Positions 38,201 through 50,434 of a stretch of 64,000 nt of DNA are shown piece after piece. Both the position numbers and the translations under genes were made by a program. The stretch is from Sphyrna mokarran (taxonomy: Eukaryota), in NCBI GenBank assembly GCA_024679065.1, contig JAGIQG010000005.1, positions 102,486,001 through 102,550,000 on the forward strand, given 5' to 3'. How positions within the stretch are numbered: position 1 is the stretch's first letter; the number at the start of each line of letters is the position of its first letter. The notes beneath the pieces are model-generated. The model saw nothing but the letters and a program-made list of their open reading frames with translations, had not been told where the DNA came from and searched no databases.

Positions 38201-39269
38201 TTACCTATTGGACACAACTGGTGATCCAGTGCAAACTACATTCAAAGTCATGCTTATTTTGAACAGCATGTCCATCCCCCCTCCATGTTCCCATTCAAAT
38301 GAATAAATATTGCAAAATGCAAAATCTCCCATGATCCAGTGGAAACAGATAATAAATTCTGTTTAAAAAATATTCCACAATGTGTTTTAGAAGGGTAACC
38401 TGGTGGAGTATAATATACGGGCAAAAGGATTTATCACAAAAAAATCAGCACTTCAAATCAAGGGCAATCCTCCATTTGAGTAAACATTTGTTAAATTACT
38501 AGAAGTGACTTTAAAGTACAGAACTATTTTCTATGTAGCTTTGAGCATCATAAATTTATACATTATTAAATGAGACTTTGGGTGATAGGATAAAATAATC
38601 ATTATTGATTTAATCGCTCTTTATGCATCTGTCCTGATTTTCATTTCTTTGCCCACAGGAGTGCTATCAGGAAACATTTCCACTCAAAGGATAGTGAGAA
38701 TCTGTAACACTCTTCCCTCAAATGGCTAGATCAATTGAAAATTTGTAAATTGTCATTAATATATTTTTGCCAGAAGAGGGCATTAAGAGTTAGGAACCAT
38801 GTGAAGTAAAGGAATGGTTCAAATCTGGACATTTGCTACTTTAATCACAAGAGTTCCAAAATAGCAGCTTATAACATTACAAGTTGCTCACCACTAACTA
38901 GTGGCAGCTGCCCTCCAATGGCTGCTATCGTGCAGCATATTCCATACTGCATTGCTCTTGGCCCCAAGCCCAATCTGGGAAGGGAACTGACCTCTTTTTA
39001 TTAGATTGGGTGCTATGGACAGTTAGTTTTCACTTTTAGGAGTTAACTGAGATTTATCCTCCTCATTCTGCACTGCCATTAATCTCAGAGCTCAGTTTTT
39101 TTCCACAGCTGACAATGTTACAACTTAAAATCTTTTCACAAAAGGAATATCACAAGTTGTAATTTGAAGAAATGATTGAACGGAACTACCAGCTAAACAT
39201 CAGTGCAAAAGAATCCCATTGGGGTTTCAGATACAAATTTATTTTTGGTTTTATTAACTTTGGCACTAT

Positions 39270-40500
39270 ATTTTGTGATTTGTACATCTGTATTCCCAGA
39301 TTCCTCTACTTCACTGTCCACCTAGTCTTATTTTCCAAGGAGTACACTGCTTTTTTATCTGTCCTATCAAAATGTACTATCCCACAATCACTTATATTGA
39401 AGTTCATTGCCTATCATATGCCTATTCTGCCAAATTATTTACATTTTACTGTGCTTTGTCACAATCCTCCTCAGTATTAACTCCACACTGTAATTTGGTG
39501 TCTCCTGCAAATTTTGAGATTGTACTTCCAATTACAGGTACAGACCATTTAAGTAGTAAACAGCAGTCATTTCGATAATTCTGAAATAACACTTTCCAAC
39601 TTTTCCAGTCTGCTTAACTTTCTTTAAGCTCCTATCTTTGGTTTTCTATTTTGTAACTAGTTTGGTATCCATGCTGCTCTTTGTCCTCTCATTCTGCATG
39701 TTTTGATCTTAGAACTGAGTCTACTATGCACTATCTTATCAAAGACCCTTTGGAATTCATGACACTTGATTTTTAATCATCAGCAGGGTCAAAAAGGGTT
39801 GCGGGCACGATTTAAAAATTGTATTCCCAAGCGGCATCTTTGGGTCCCGATGCTTCCAGACTCATTCTGGCCAGGAGTTTTTGCTTCCGTTCTTATTGGG
39901 TGTGAAAGGCAATGGAGGGGGAAAGTCCCATGAGAGACCTAAACCATGTGTCACGTCGACATAAAGACACAATTGTCCCCTCTTGCTGCCACTGATGTAA
40001 CAGGATTCTCAACATTATGGGAACACCTTTATCACAAATTTGAATCAAACTATCAGGCCTCTATGCCTGATAATCATTCCACCCCTTACCTCTGTTAATT
40101 ATCCATTCACATTGGCATGAAGGCCCAGTACATCTACTACATTACCCTTACTTTTCCATTCTGTTAATTCTTTAAAAGTTTGGGCAAACATGATCCTCTC
40201 AGGAAATAAGTGCTGATGAATGTATTGTATTTTCAGTTTCTGTTTATTTATTACATCTATGAATAACGATTCAATTTTATTTCCAACCAATAATGTTAAC
40301 CTCATTGGTCTATACTTCCTAGACTTGTTATATTTCTCTTTTTTAATATAGGAATCATAGACAGTCCATTGGTCCTCTGGCATATTCTCCCTCAATAAAT
40401 TTTCATATTTGGGTAATAGTGTCTCTGCTTCCTGGCACTTAAACGTCAACTGAAACCCATCCATTCTATTGCGGTCTGCAATCTTAATAACCACAAGCTA
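39270..40500 (-). mobile_element. Old CR1 ORF2 fragment with MITE-like insertion at about 39765-40010
   Basis: KYRPMRLTLLVGNKIESL...LTEWKSKGNVVDV (the NYRPVSLTSVVGK region) and atttgcaggagacaccaaatta (FADDTKL-like). Confidence 0.7.
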
Positions 40501-40956
40501 TATTCTATCCATTGTCTAATTCCATCCTTGCCTGCTTGTACCAAATCTCAACTATCAGTTGCTGAAACTTATCCATGCCACCTCCAAACTCCACTGTTCT
40601 ACTGGATTTTTATTTCCCATCCTCTGTAGATTTTATTCCATCCAAACTGTTTCCAGATATTATCCTACATTGTGTTCTGATCTCCCAGAGCTTGAAATTT
40701 TAAATTCTTGTTTTCTTGTTGCTTCTGGATTCACTCTGAGTTTCAAAGTGAGGGCATAGTGGGGTGGATGGGGAACCTGCTCATATCCAATTAACAACCA
40801 TCATGTTTGTTAACCAATCAAGTAGAATAAGATGGGCCTCATCCCCCCATATATTCCAATAACTAATACTATCCCTTACCTCCATCAAAAACCCCCATTC
40901 CTCAGGCTCCAGTATTGTACGAATTCTCCTCTCTGTCATATTCATGCTGTCAGTTC

Positions 40957-41235
40957 ACAAGAACATAGGAATTAAGAGCAGAAGTAGGGAGATTCAGCCC
41001 TTTGAGCCTGCTCTGCTATTCAATCAGATCATTGCTGATCTCTCTCTAGTTTCAAATCCGTCTCCCCACCTGTTCCTCATATCTCTTTACCCCTTTTGTA
41101 TTAGAAATATATCTACCTATCTTCTTGAATCCACTCAATGATTGAGACTCAATCGTGTCATGGGGCAGCGAGTTCAACAAACTCACCACCTCTACAAACT
41201 CTCAACCTTTACATGTGGCCTCTTATTCTAGATTC
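40957..41235 (-). mobile_element. CR1 3' tail
   Basis: caagaacataggaattaagagcagaagtaggg...ttcagccctttgagcctgctctgctattcaatcagatc. Confidence 0.75.
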
Positions 41236-41714
41236 TGGAATTACCTCCTCAAACTTCTCCTCCTCTGCCTAATCATATAAAACTCACCTTTATAATGAAG
41301 CTTTTGGTCACTCTCCTACTATTTCCTTCTTTGGCTCCGCATTAATATCTCTGTAAAGCATACTGTCATATACTTCTACGTAAAAGATATAAAAGCAAAT
41401 AGTCATTTTAATTTACAACTTAGTCATTTAAAAAAACATAGTTCAGAGAATTTCATAATTGAGAGAAATAGGAATAAAATTTATTTCTGATCTTGTTTGA
41501 ATTTCTGGAGTCAGGACGAAGTTCAGTCATGGCAAAACTTAGCAAACATACGTCAGTCGGTTTAACCTCATTAGTGAGAAGGTTTTTGAAATTATAATCT
41601 GGGAGAAAATTACCAGTTACTTGTAATTACTTGGATTAATTAAGGAAAGCCAGCAGATTTATTAAAGACAAATCTTAATTAACTTGAATGAGTTTTTTGA
41701 TTTGATTCTATAAG

Positions 41715-41802
41715 CACCGTCAGATGGGATTAGGTGGGAGTTTAGCTGTTTCTAATGTGTCGGTATGGACTTGATGGGCCGAAGGGCCTCTTCTGTGCTG
41801 CA
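41715..41802 (+). mobile_element. Very short CR1-tail retroposon insertion with 12-bp TSD
   Basis: tgattctataag at 41703-41714 and 41803-41814. Contains gggccgaagggcctcttctgtgctg. Confidence 0.8.
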
Positions 41803-41949
41803 TGATTCTATAAGGAACTGCAAGTGTTGGTAAGGGTATTGCAGTTGAGGTGGTGTACATATAGATTTCCAAAGAATGTTTGCTAAAGTGCCACATAATG
41901 GCCGAAGCCTATGGAATAAAAAAGAAAGTGGCAACACGGATATGGAGTT

Positions 41950-42058
41950 AATGCAAAATACTGCGGACGTTGTAGAAGGGTCATGTGGATCTGAAATGTC
42001 AACTCTGTTTCTCTCCACAGATGCAACCAGACCTTTTGAGTTTCTGCTTTTGTTATGA
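41950..42058. mobile_element. Short Penelope-derived element (family B)
   Basis: caaaatactgcgga...gaagggtcatgtggatctgaaatgtcaactctgtttctctccacagatgc. Imperfect flanking repeat atatggagtt / atatgaagtt. Confidence 0.6.
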
Positions 42059-42350
42059 ATATGAAGTTGCTTGAGTGACAGAAATTAGAGTAGCAGTGAA
42101 CAGTGCTTTTCAGAATGGTAAAAAATTGTTTTGTGGGATCGGTATTGGGACCACTGCTTTTCTGCATCTATATCAATGACTTAGATTTGATGCACAATTC
42201 CAAAATTTGCTGATGCCATTCAAAACTTGGAAGCATAATGTGCAATGAGGGGGCTAGTGACAGATTTCCAGACAATATAGACAAGCTGGCAGAATGGACA
42301 AATGTTTGGCATGTGTCATTTATTGCAGCAAGGCACAAAGCAATTCATCT

Positions 42351-42684
42351 TAGAACATAGAACATAGAACATTACAGCGCAGAACAGGCCCTTCGGCTCT
42401 CGATGTTGCGCCGACCAATTAGGAACAAGCAGTGACCCTCTAACCTAAACCATTCCCATTTCATCCATAAACTTATCTACTAACCTCTTAAACGCCACCA
42501 AACTTGGCGCATCTACAACTGACGCAGGCAAGGCATTCCATACCCTTACCACCCTCTGGGTAAAGAACCTACCTCTGACATCTGTCCTAAAACCACCACC
42601 CCTTAATTTAAAGCTATGTCCCCTCGTGCTAGCTTTCTCCATCCTAGGAAAAAGGCTATCACTGTCCACCCTATCTAAACCTCT
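42351..42684 (-). mobile_element. Young CR1 3' end, related to 2535-3712
   Basis: (TAGAACA)n tail. Encodes GLDRVDSDSLFPRMEKASTRGHSFKLRG...GMV*. Confidence 0.95.
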
Positions 42685-42734
42685 TGGCAGGAAGAGCAAA
42701 GCAAAACAATGGACAGGATTATCCACCCCTTCCC

Positions 42735-42946
42735 ATGGATGGAATTTTCTAGCCCCGCTAAAGTCGACACTGCACTGCGGGTTCCTGGTGGTGGGATGGG
42801 TGAATCCTGCAAATTATCATGCCTTTGCTGGTACTAGAAGATCTCACTGATGGTCAATGTTGAGCCACCTCTGTCGTGGGCAACATGCGATGGTGGTGGA
42901 GGTGGGGGAGGGGGGAGGATGGTTGGTGGCTGGAAAACTCCAGCCA
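42735..42946. mobile_element. MITE-like element
   Basis: Inverted ends tggatggaattttctagcc / ggctggaaaactccagcca. Confidence 0.6.
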
Positions 42947-45900
42947 GTATAACTTAAAAAATAAATTCTAAAAAGGGAGGAGGAAAAGAGAGATCTCAGA
43001 ATAAATATGTGCAAACGGTTAAAAGTGCCAGGGAACGTGAGAAAATGGGTAAAGAGCTGTACAGAATCCCAAGGTTTATACTTACATTCATTGAATATAA
43101 TGGAAGCTATGATGAACCTTTATAAATCATTCAACTGGAGCATTGTGACAATTCTGGTCACTGCACTTGAGGAAGGATGTGAAGGTTTTAGAGAGGGTGC
43201 AGAGAAGAATGGCTTTGGGGAATAAAGAATTCCATTTACATCGATGGACTGGAAATATTGGAGTTGTTCCCCTTATACTTGTGGAAGTTGAGAGGAGAGT
43301 TGATAGAAGTGTTTAAAATCATGTGGGGTCTAGCCAAAGTTAATGGAAATAAACAGTTCCCACTGGCACAAGGGTGAAAAATCACAGGACATAGATTTAA
43401 AGTGATTGGTAAAAGAACCAAAGGCAAAATTAGGAGAAAAAATGCAGTGCATGGTTAGTTTTTGGAATGCCCTCCCAAGACTGTGATGAGAGCAATTCAA
43501 TCCTTGTTTTTGAAAGGATGAGCACCTCTAGATAGGAAAAATTGCAAAGTTATAGGGAGAAAGTCAGGGAGTGGAACTAGCTAAATTGTTCTTGCAGAGA
43601 TTCAACAGATCAAGTGGCCTCTTTATCAGCTGCAACCATTTTGTGATTCTATGAAATTCTGACATGCACTTACACTGTTAAGGATCCACATTACAATCTT
43701 CATAGAGATGGATAACATTTAAACAGGAATTCAAATTTCCAATTAATAGCTGAAAGAATATGTTGAGATTTCAGATTTAAAAATATTTACTGTTCCAAAT
43801 TACTAAAAACACTAAACTGATGTCTTTTCGTAGGCCAGCTATAACAGAGAGGAATATTTCCCTTTTAGACTTATCACAAATTACACTCTATGTAATTAGT
43901 CATTATTAGCAAAACAGTCCACCGGTTTCTCCTAGCTTCCAATGGGTTACCATATCCCCAATTCAAGTGGTAACTTTGAGTGACCATCTCCAGGTGCTTT
44001 CCACAGTTTTCAGTGTTTCTTAAATCTACCACCATCTGACGATTCTTCTTCCCTCAGCTATGCCAAAACAAACTTCTCAAATTCCATAAGATGCTGCAAG
44101 ATGCTCATTTATACATTCAGTAACAGACACTGTACCAAATAGCATCACAATACTCAGATGTAATTTCTGCTTGAAGTAATTTCTTGCTGCCAACATTCTA
44201 ACATAAATGACTCTTCTTTTGTAATATTCATCTCTGTCAACAATGAGACAGTCATGATGAGAACGAAGAAGGTATCACTTTGCAACACCCTACACCTACT
44301 GATTACTCAAATTGGTGTTACCACCAGCACAAGGGCAAAAAATCTGATAGCTTGTGATAGATTGAAAAAGAAATACTTAATAGAAGTGGGAGGGGAGGAA
44401 GCGGAGGCAGCAAGAAACTTGAACCTACTGGTTGTTCTACTCAGCTGTCAAACCCAACAATTCATACTTCATGGAAGCTCTGTCTTGAGATTGGCTACCA
44501 TCTGAGTACCAATGCTTTTTCCAGACACCAGAGAGCATGAAAACATCTTTGAGGTCTGGCAGAAACTGAACAAGTTCATCAGACATCTACGCAATACTGC
44601 AATTTCTTGGGAATCTTCAGCAAAAGCCCCAATGACAAAGGCAGCAGGCTCAGTCACTGTTCATCCCCTGAACTAAAGTTGAGTCACAGAGAAGTCCAAC
44701 ATGCAGACATTGCACTTACTAACTTGTGAAGGGTTCAGTTTAACAGAAATTATTGCTGCCAGGATTTTTTCGCATGTCAGCCTTCAGGTACATTGTGGAA
44801 TGGTCAGTAACAGGAAAATTGAATAATGCCAGAGGAATTTTAAAGTCTACTTATGTTGGTAGGTAAAGCTTCATTGTAACATTTCACCCAAAAACCAGCA
44901 TCTCCAATAATTAAGTGGAACAAAATAGCTGCACTTCCTTCAACTTTGTGCTGAGAGTTCACTTAATGATCGGACATGTACCAAGTTGTCAACATGCAAC
45001 CGATAATGGTTGGCATATGTTTAGTGAGTCATTGCATTGTTTACATGTTGGGATAGTCGTTGGCATTAACACACTCTTACACACTTTGAGAAAACACTCC
45101 TAAATCCAAGTTGCACTGGCTACAAAATTGCAGGTTATAATTAGGCAGAAAGTTAGCAAATTCATAGTTTTGGTTGTAATATCTTCTAAAACAGCTAAGT
45201 TGTTATGTGAAAGTACTTAATATTTTGAAAAGCAGTCATTTAATAATTCATCGTGCAAGGTAGAAATTTCCAAAGAAACATATTGATTATTTACCAACTG
45301 CTGACGTACATTTTACGTCAAACAGGTAACCTATTGTGCAAAAGAAGACCCTTTTGGATATTTTGAAAGCAATTTGTTGTGCAAAGTGAGCATTTCCAAG
45401 AATCAAAAATTGATTAGCTGCCATTACCCTATTGAGTCAATAATTTGTATTGAATTAACAAACAATGTTTATTAATTGAAATTCTTGTTAATCGGTTAAA
45501 ACTAGATTTTAAAATATCTTTGTTTTGGGGAAAAAATATCCAGAAGCAACAGAGAAATACATTTTGATAAAATGGCAATTTGCTTGTACCAATATGGATT
45601 GAACAGTTCATTTGTTCAGCTGAATGTCAAATTAAATCTTTAGTAGCTACTCTACCACTTAAACTGTTCACTAAAAAATGATCAGTCTTTATTAATATTA
45701 TTCAGTTTTGTGTATCACTAAATTCCTGCTGCAGTTCTAGGTTCCAGTTCACATACCATGACACAGTACACCTGGCTTTGTATTGGACCTACACTTACAG
45801 ATACAGTTGTACAGGAGATTACCAATTACACGATATTGATAGACTAACATATGCTGGGACTTAACTAAGGTGAAAAGAAAATGCACACAATTCTCAACAG

Positions 45901-46049
45901 AAATGGCAGAAAAAATGTTATCTACTAATCCATGAAAGAGTATTTGTTGACAAGCAGGAGGAAAAAAAGCAGAGGGTAAGACGATATTAAATGTGCCCAG
46001 CTAGAATGATACTGTTTTTGCACCAAGAAACAGAATAATAATTAAGATT

Positions 46050-46630
46050 CATTGGATTTGATTTATGTCACATGTATTAGTACACAGTAAAAAGTATGGT
46101 TTTTTGCATACCATACATAGAGAAGAAAAGGAGAGGGCACAGAATGTAACGTTGCAGTCATATCTAGAGAAAGATCAATTGAATACAAATTAGGTCCATT
46201 CAGCAGTCTGACAGTAGCAGGGAAGAAGCTATTCTTGAGTCAGTTATATGTGACTTCAGACATTTGTATCTTTTTCCTGATGGCAGAATGTAGAAGAAAG
46301 TAAGTCTGGGGTGTGAGGGGTCCTTGATTACGTTGGCTGCTTTTCTGAGGTGGAGGAAGTGTAGACAGAGTCAATGGGTGGGAGGCTGGTTTGCATGATG
46401 GATTGGGCCTCATTCACAACCCTTTGTAATTTCTTGCAGCCTTGGACAGAGGAGGAGCCATATAACCAGAATGGTGCATCTATAAAAGTTGATATAGGTT
46501 ACAGCTGACATGCCAAATTTTATAAGCTGTCTGAGAAAGTCGAGGCATTGGGGGGCTTTTTTAACTATACTATCAGCGTGGAGGGACCAGTTGGTAATCT
46601 GGACACCTAAAAATTTGAAGGTCTCGGCTA
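46050..46630 (-). mobile_element. Rex1/Babar-type LINE 3' end
   Basis: The reverse complement encodes KAPQCLDFLRQLIKFGMS...NFYRCTI...KKLQRVVNEAQSIMQTSLP...RKAANVIKDPSHP...LPSGKRYK. Tail tacatgtgacataaatcaaatc. Confidence 0.8.
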
Positions 46631-47544
46631 GTCAACAACACTATTGAAATTTTTTAAGTTCATACGTAAAATAATAGCAATTTTATCAAATTTAAAATTG
46701 TAACTAATGAGAAAAATGATATTTTAGGTGTTTAGGAAAATAGGAGTCAATCAGAATTATTTTTAAAAATATATTTTTGAATTGGAGTGTCAGAGTTAGA
46801 ACATCATGAAGAGGCTATGTGACTCAAATGAGTCAATGTTGGCTCTGCATAACATTACAATCAGTCCCATTACTCTTCTGAATCCCCATGTCCTACAAGT
46901 TTATTTCCCTCAAATGCCCATTCCACTTCCTTTTGAAATCATTAACTATCTTTGCTTTCAGAACGTTCATGTATTCCCTACCCAAAACTTGCAATCTTAG
47001 TGACAGGATCAGAGCAATCTTCAACTGATTAAAAACATTAATTATTTTGACATTTCTTGAGGACCATTGGAAGCTAGAGTAGCTGTGGCAGTTAGCAAGC
47101 ATTCTTGCTTTTAGACTTATAAAATCAGTGCTGGGCAACCTAAGCTAGTGAGTCAGCTGGCTGCATCTCAATGGGCTGCAAGTTTGAAATTCGGCTTGTT
47201 CACTCACCATGACCCCATGAATGAAATTAAACACATTGAATACATGGCTGAATATTTAATAACAAATTATAGAAAATGCTTATTTATCTAATAGAAGTAT
47301 CAACACCAAAAATGAAAAATAAAATAACTATTTAAACTTTTGACATGGAGAGCACATGGCTGTCTGTCAATGTTGTGTGCAATCAGCATGCATTTCACTT
47401 CACCTGCCTTGCTTTATGTGCATATCTCAGCAATTGTACTGGTAAAGAATAAGTACATAATGGGAATCAGTGGAATATGACAACTCTGCATGTGGGTAAT
47501 GGCCTACAAAACATCTCATGACCACCTTCAAAACCCTAGGCCAC

Positions 47545-47790
47545 AGGTTGAAGTTTGAGCGCTATTCCAGGCCTTAAGAACACAAATCAAGGCTGGTACT
47601 CAGTGCAACATTGAGGACATTACTTTGAAGAGCAGAGGATTGTGCTTAGTGTCTCGCCTACTACTGATCTCTTGATCAACATTATATAAACAGAATATCT
47701 GGTCATTATCATATTGTTGCTGTTTGCAAGATCTTATTTTGTGCAAATTAGTTGCCACATTTCCTACGTTACAACAATGATTCCATAATG
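47545..47790 (+). mobile_element. Deu-domain SINE relic
   Basis: aacagaatatctggtcattatc...gctgtttgcaagatcttattttgtgcaaattagttgccacatttcctacgttacaacaatga. Confidence 0.7.
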
Positions 47791-48678
47791 TGTCTTCAGA
47801 TGTCTAGTGTCGTAGTGCATTTTTCCTTTTTATCTGAACATTTTATCTTGCAAAGAACATATTTTCTTTCAAGATAAACATTGCAAGTGCAAAATGCTGT
47901 AGTAAAACTCCAGGCACTTAATGAAATTCCCACATGCAGCACTATCTGAAACAAACATTGCAGCCTCCACAAAATCTTAATAGCAGTTTTGAAAATGGCA
48001 TTTGGATTGTAACGATGTTTTATTACCAAAGAGAAAAGTATATCTAAGTAGTTAACTTAACATTGCTCTTCAAAAGCATACAAATCTGTCAACTTACTTT
48101 TAAAATATGAGAAGACAATTATGACTGGAGGAAAACCAATGTGAATTCTACCTCAATATCAGATTACTAAAGCTGCCATAGAGAGTTGTTTCTGTTTCAA
48201 ATTCTCCATTGCCAGGTGTACCATATTGGACTCCTTTACTTGCCTATCCCCAGAAAGAGATTATCACTAAGTGGCAAAAATTACTGTGGGCATCATGATG
48301 AGCAGCAAAACTCAGCACGCTATGAATTATATTGCTAGTAAAATCATTCTCTTAATCACAATATAGACAAACACTATCCACTGTTTGAACGCACTGTTTA
48401 AACATTGACGTTTAAGCTCGAGTTCTTAAGAACAGAAGTTATGTTGTTGTGTGCACATACACATATAGTGCCATTTTGTCTACTGTTACACAACACTCAG
48501 TGCATTGAATAATGATGGCCAAAACTTCAATAGAGTGGCAGAATCAGATTGCCATCCCACTCCTATAGTTTGCTATCTTGAAATCCAGCTGATTCTTTCC
48601 TGCCAAACATTATCATTCAGACTGGCGAGAATAGTACGGGGCAGTGTACTTCTCAGGCCTTCAAATGAGGGCTGTAGT

Positions 48679-48985
48679 TAGAATCATGGAATCTCTGCGG
48701 TGCAGAAGAAGGCCATTCAGCACACTGAGTCTGCACTGACCTCAGTCCCACCCAGGCTGTCTTCCTATAACCTCACAAAATTACTCTGCTAATCCCGTGT
48801 CATGAAAGTCTAATCAAGGCCAATCAATTTAATCTGCACATTTTGGAGTGTGGAAGGAAACCGGAGCATTCAGAGGAAACACATGCAGATGAGGAGAACG
48901 TGCAAACTCCACACAGACAGTGACCCAAGGCCAGAATTGAACTTGGGTCCCCGGCGCTGTGAGGCAGCAGTGCTTGCCACTGTGG
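48679..48985 (-). mobile_element. V-SINE (HE1-like), CR1-type tail
   Basis: tagaatcatggaatc...gtgcagaagaaggccattc...ggaaaccggagca...gggtccccggcgctgtgaggcagcagtgc. Confidence 0.9.
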
Positions 48986-50147
48986 TGATATAAAAACCAT
49001 GCCTCTTTTGTATGGCACAGGTAACAATAAAACAGCTAAACTTAAAGGACTAGCACTTTCAGGAACCAACGAGAAGGTCAGTTTTTATGATAGGACGGTA
49101 GGATTGGGAGTTGGGGATGGGAGTTGGAGAAATAAAATGGGATGTGGGGATTGGTTAGTCTGCAAGGAGAGGTCACATGGTCAGCAGCAGGGATGGAGGG
49201 CAGACAAGATCAAAAAGTTGGAAGATCAGTGAGGTAATTAGATGGTCCTGTGAGAATGTTTCGTGGTGGGGTTTGGGAGGGGGGAGGGAGGTTGTCTCGC
49301 CAACAGTGTGGTTGTCAGGACTTAGAGAAGTGGTTTTATTTTTACTAACTTTGTCCAAAGCCCCAAAGTCATAGGCCAATATATCCATCTACTAGCCACA
49401 TGGAGAACTATGTTTCTTTCTAAAAGTCTGATCACTTCAAACTTTTAGAAACCACAAGACAGCCTCCTGTCACCTGCCATTGTCAATTTCCATTTCCTTA
49501 TCAGTGTAGTTTTATTCAGATCAGCTTGTAATGCGCCAGTCATTTTTAAGGTCAAGGCAAATGACTAAATCACCATGTTTGTTTATTTCCGACTGCTTAT
49601 TCAAGAACTTCGTGAAGGATTTTGGCAAAAAAACGTGCCAATTGTGATTGACTCCCAATCCTTCCTGCAACCATTATCTACTGAGCTACTGGCTGATGCA
49701 GGCTGGAGTTTTCCATTCTATTTTTTTCCTTTTTCATCACCTTCCTCAGACATTGACCAAAGAATAATGAAAAATGAACATAAGTAACAGCTTCAGGAGG
49801 CATTTGGCCCCTCAAACCTGTTGCACCATTCAATTAGATCGTAGCCTTGACTCTTGTTGCAAAATGAAAGGTGCGTAAATGTACCCTGACTAAATTTGAA
49901 TGGTTTGCTGCAATGCTTTTTACTCAGGTATGTTACACCATGAGATAGACACCAAGGGAATAAGAATCAGGTAAAATCCAACACAGCTTTATTGAACACT
50001 TTATCAAGGAAAAGCATTTATCACTCTCTACTGCTGTATTTAATTAAACTCAATCAAACTCTTCACAGGACTCTATCTTAAATCACTAAGTGCCTCAAAT
50101 CTACACAAGCTTTTCACATCTGACACACCTGAGGATTCGCTACATTG

Positions 50148-50434
50148 TTTTTTATTTGTGAGTGTCACAAGTAGGCTTACATTAACATTGCTATGAACTT
50201 ACAATGAAAATCCCCGAGTTGCCACACTTAGGTGCCTATTTGGGTACATTGAGGGAGAATTTATCATGACCAGTGCACCTCACCAGATGTCTTTTGGACT
50301 GTGGGAGGAAACTGGAGCAGCCAGAGGAAACCCACAAAAACACGGGGAGAATATGCAGACTCAAGTGACCCAAGCTGGGAATCGACCCGCGTCCCTGGCG
50401 TTGTGAGGCAGCAGTGCTAACTACTGTGCTGCCC
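50148..50434 (-). mobile_element. V-SINE with non-CR1 3' tail
   Basis: gtgtcacaagtaggcttacattaacattgc (same tail as 17152-17455), followed by the V-domain and tRNA head. Confidence 0.88.

Larger units (their letters stand above)
41500..43635 (+). mobile_element. Old CR1 (RT to tail) carrying four nested insertions
   Basis: Motifs in order: gtcagtcggtttaacctca (RPVSLTS), gatttccaaagaatgtttgctaaagtgccacat, ggatcggtattgggaccactg, aaatttgctgatg, ttctggtcactgcac, and tail tgtgattctatga. Confidence 0.8.

Noticed and set aside
44254-44677. Overlapping short ORFs on both strands in unique DNA
   Set aside because: No recognisable homology or convincing paired splice sites.
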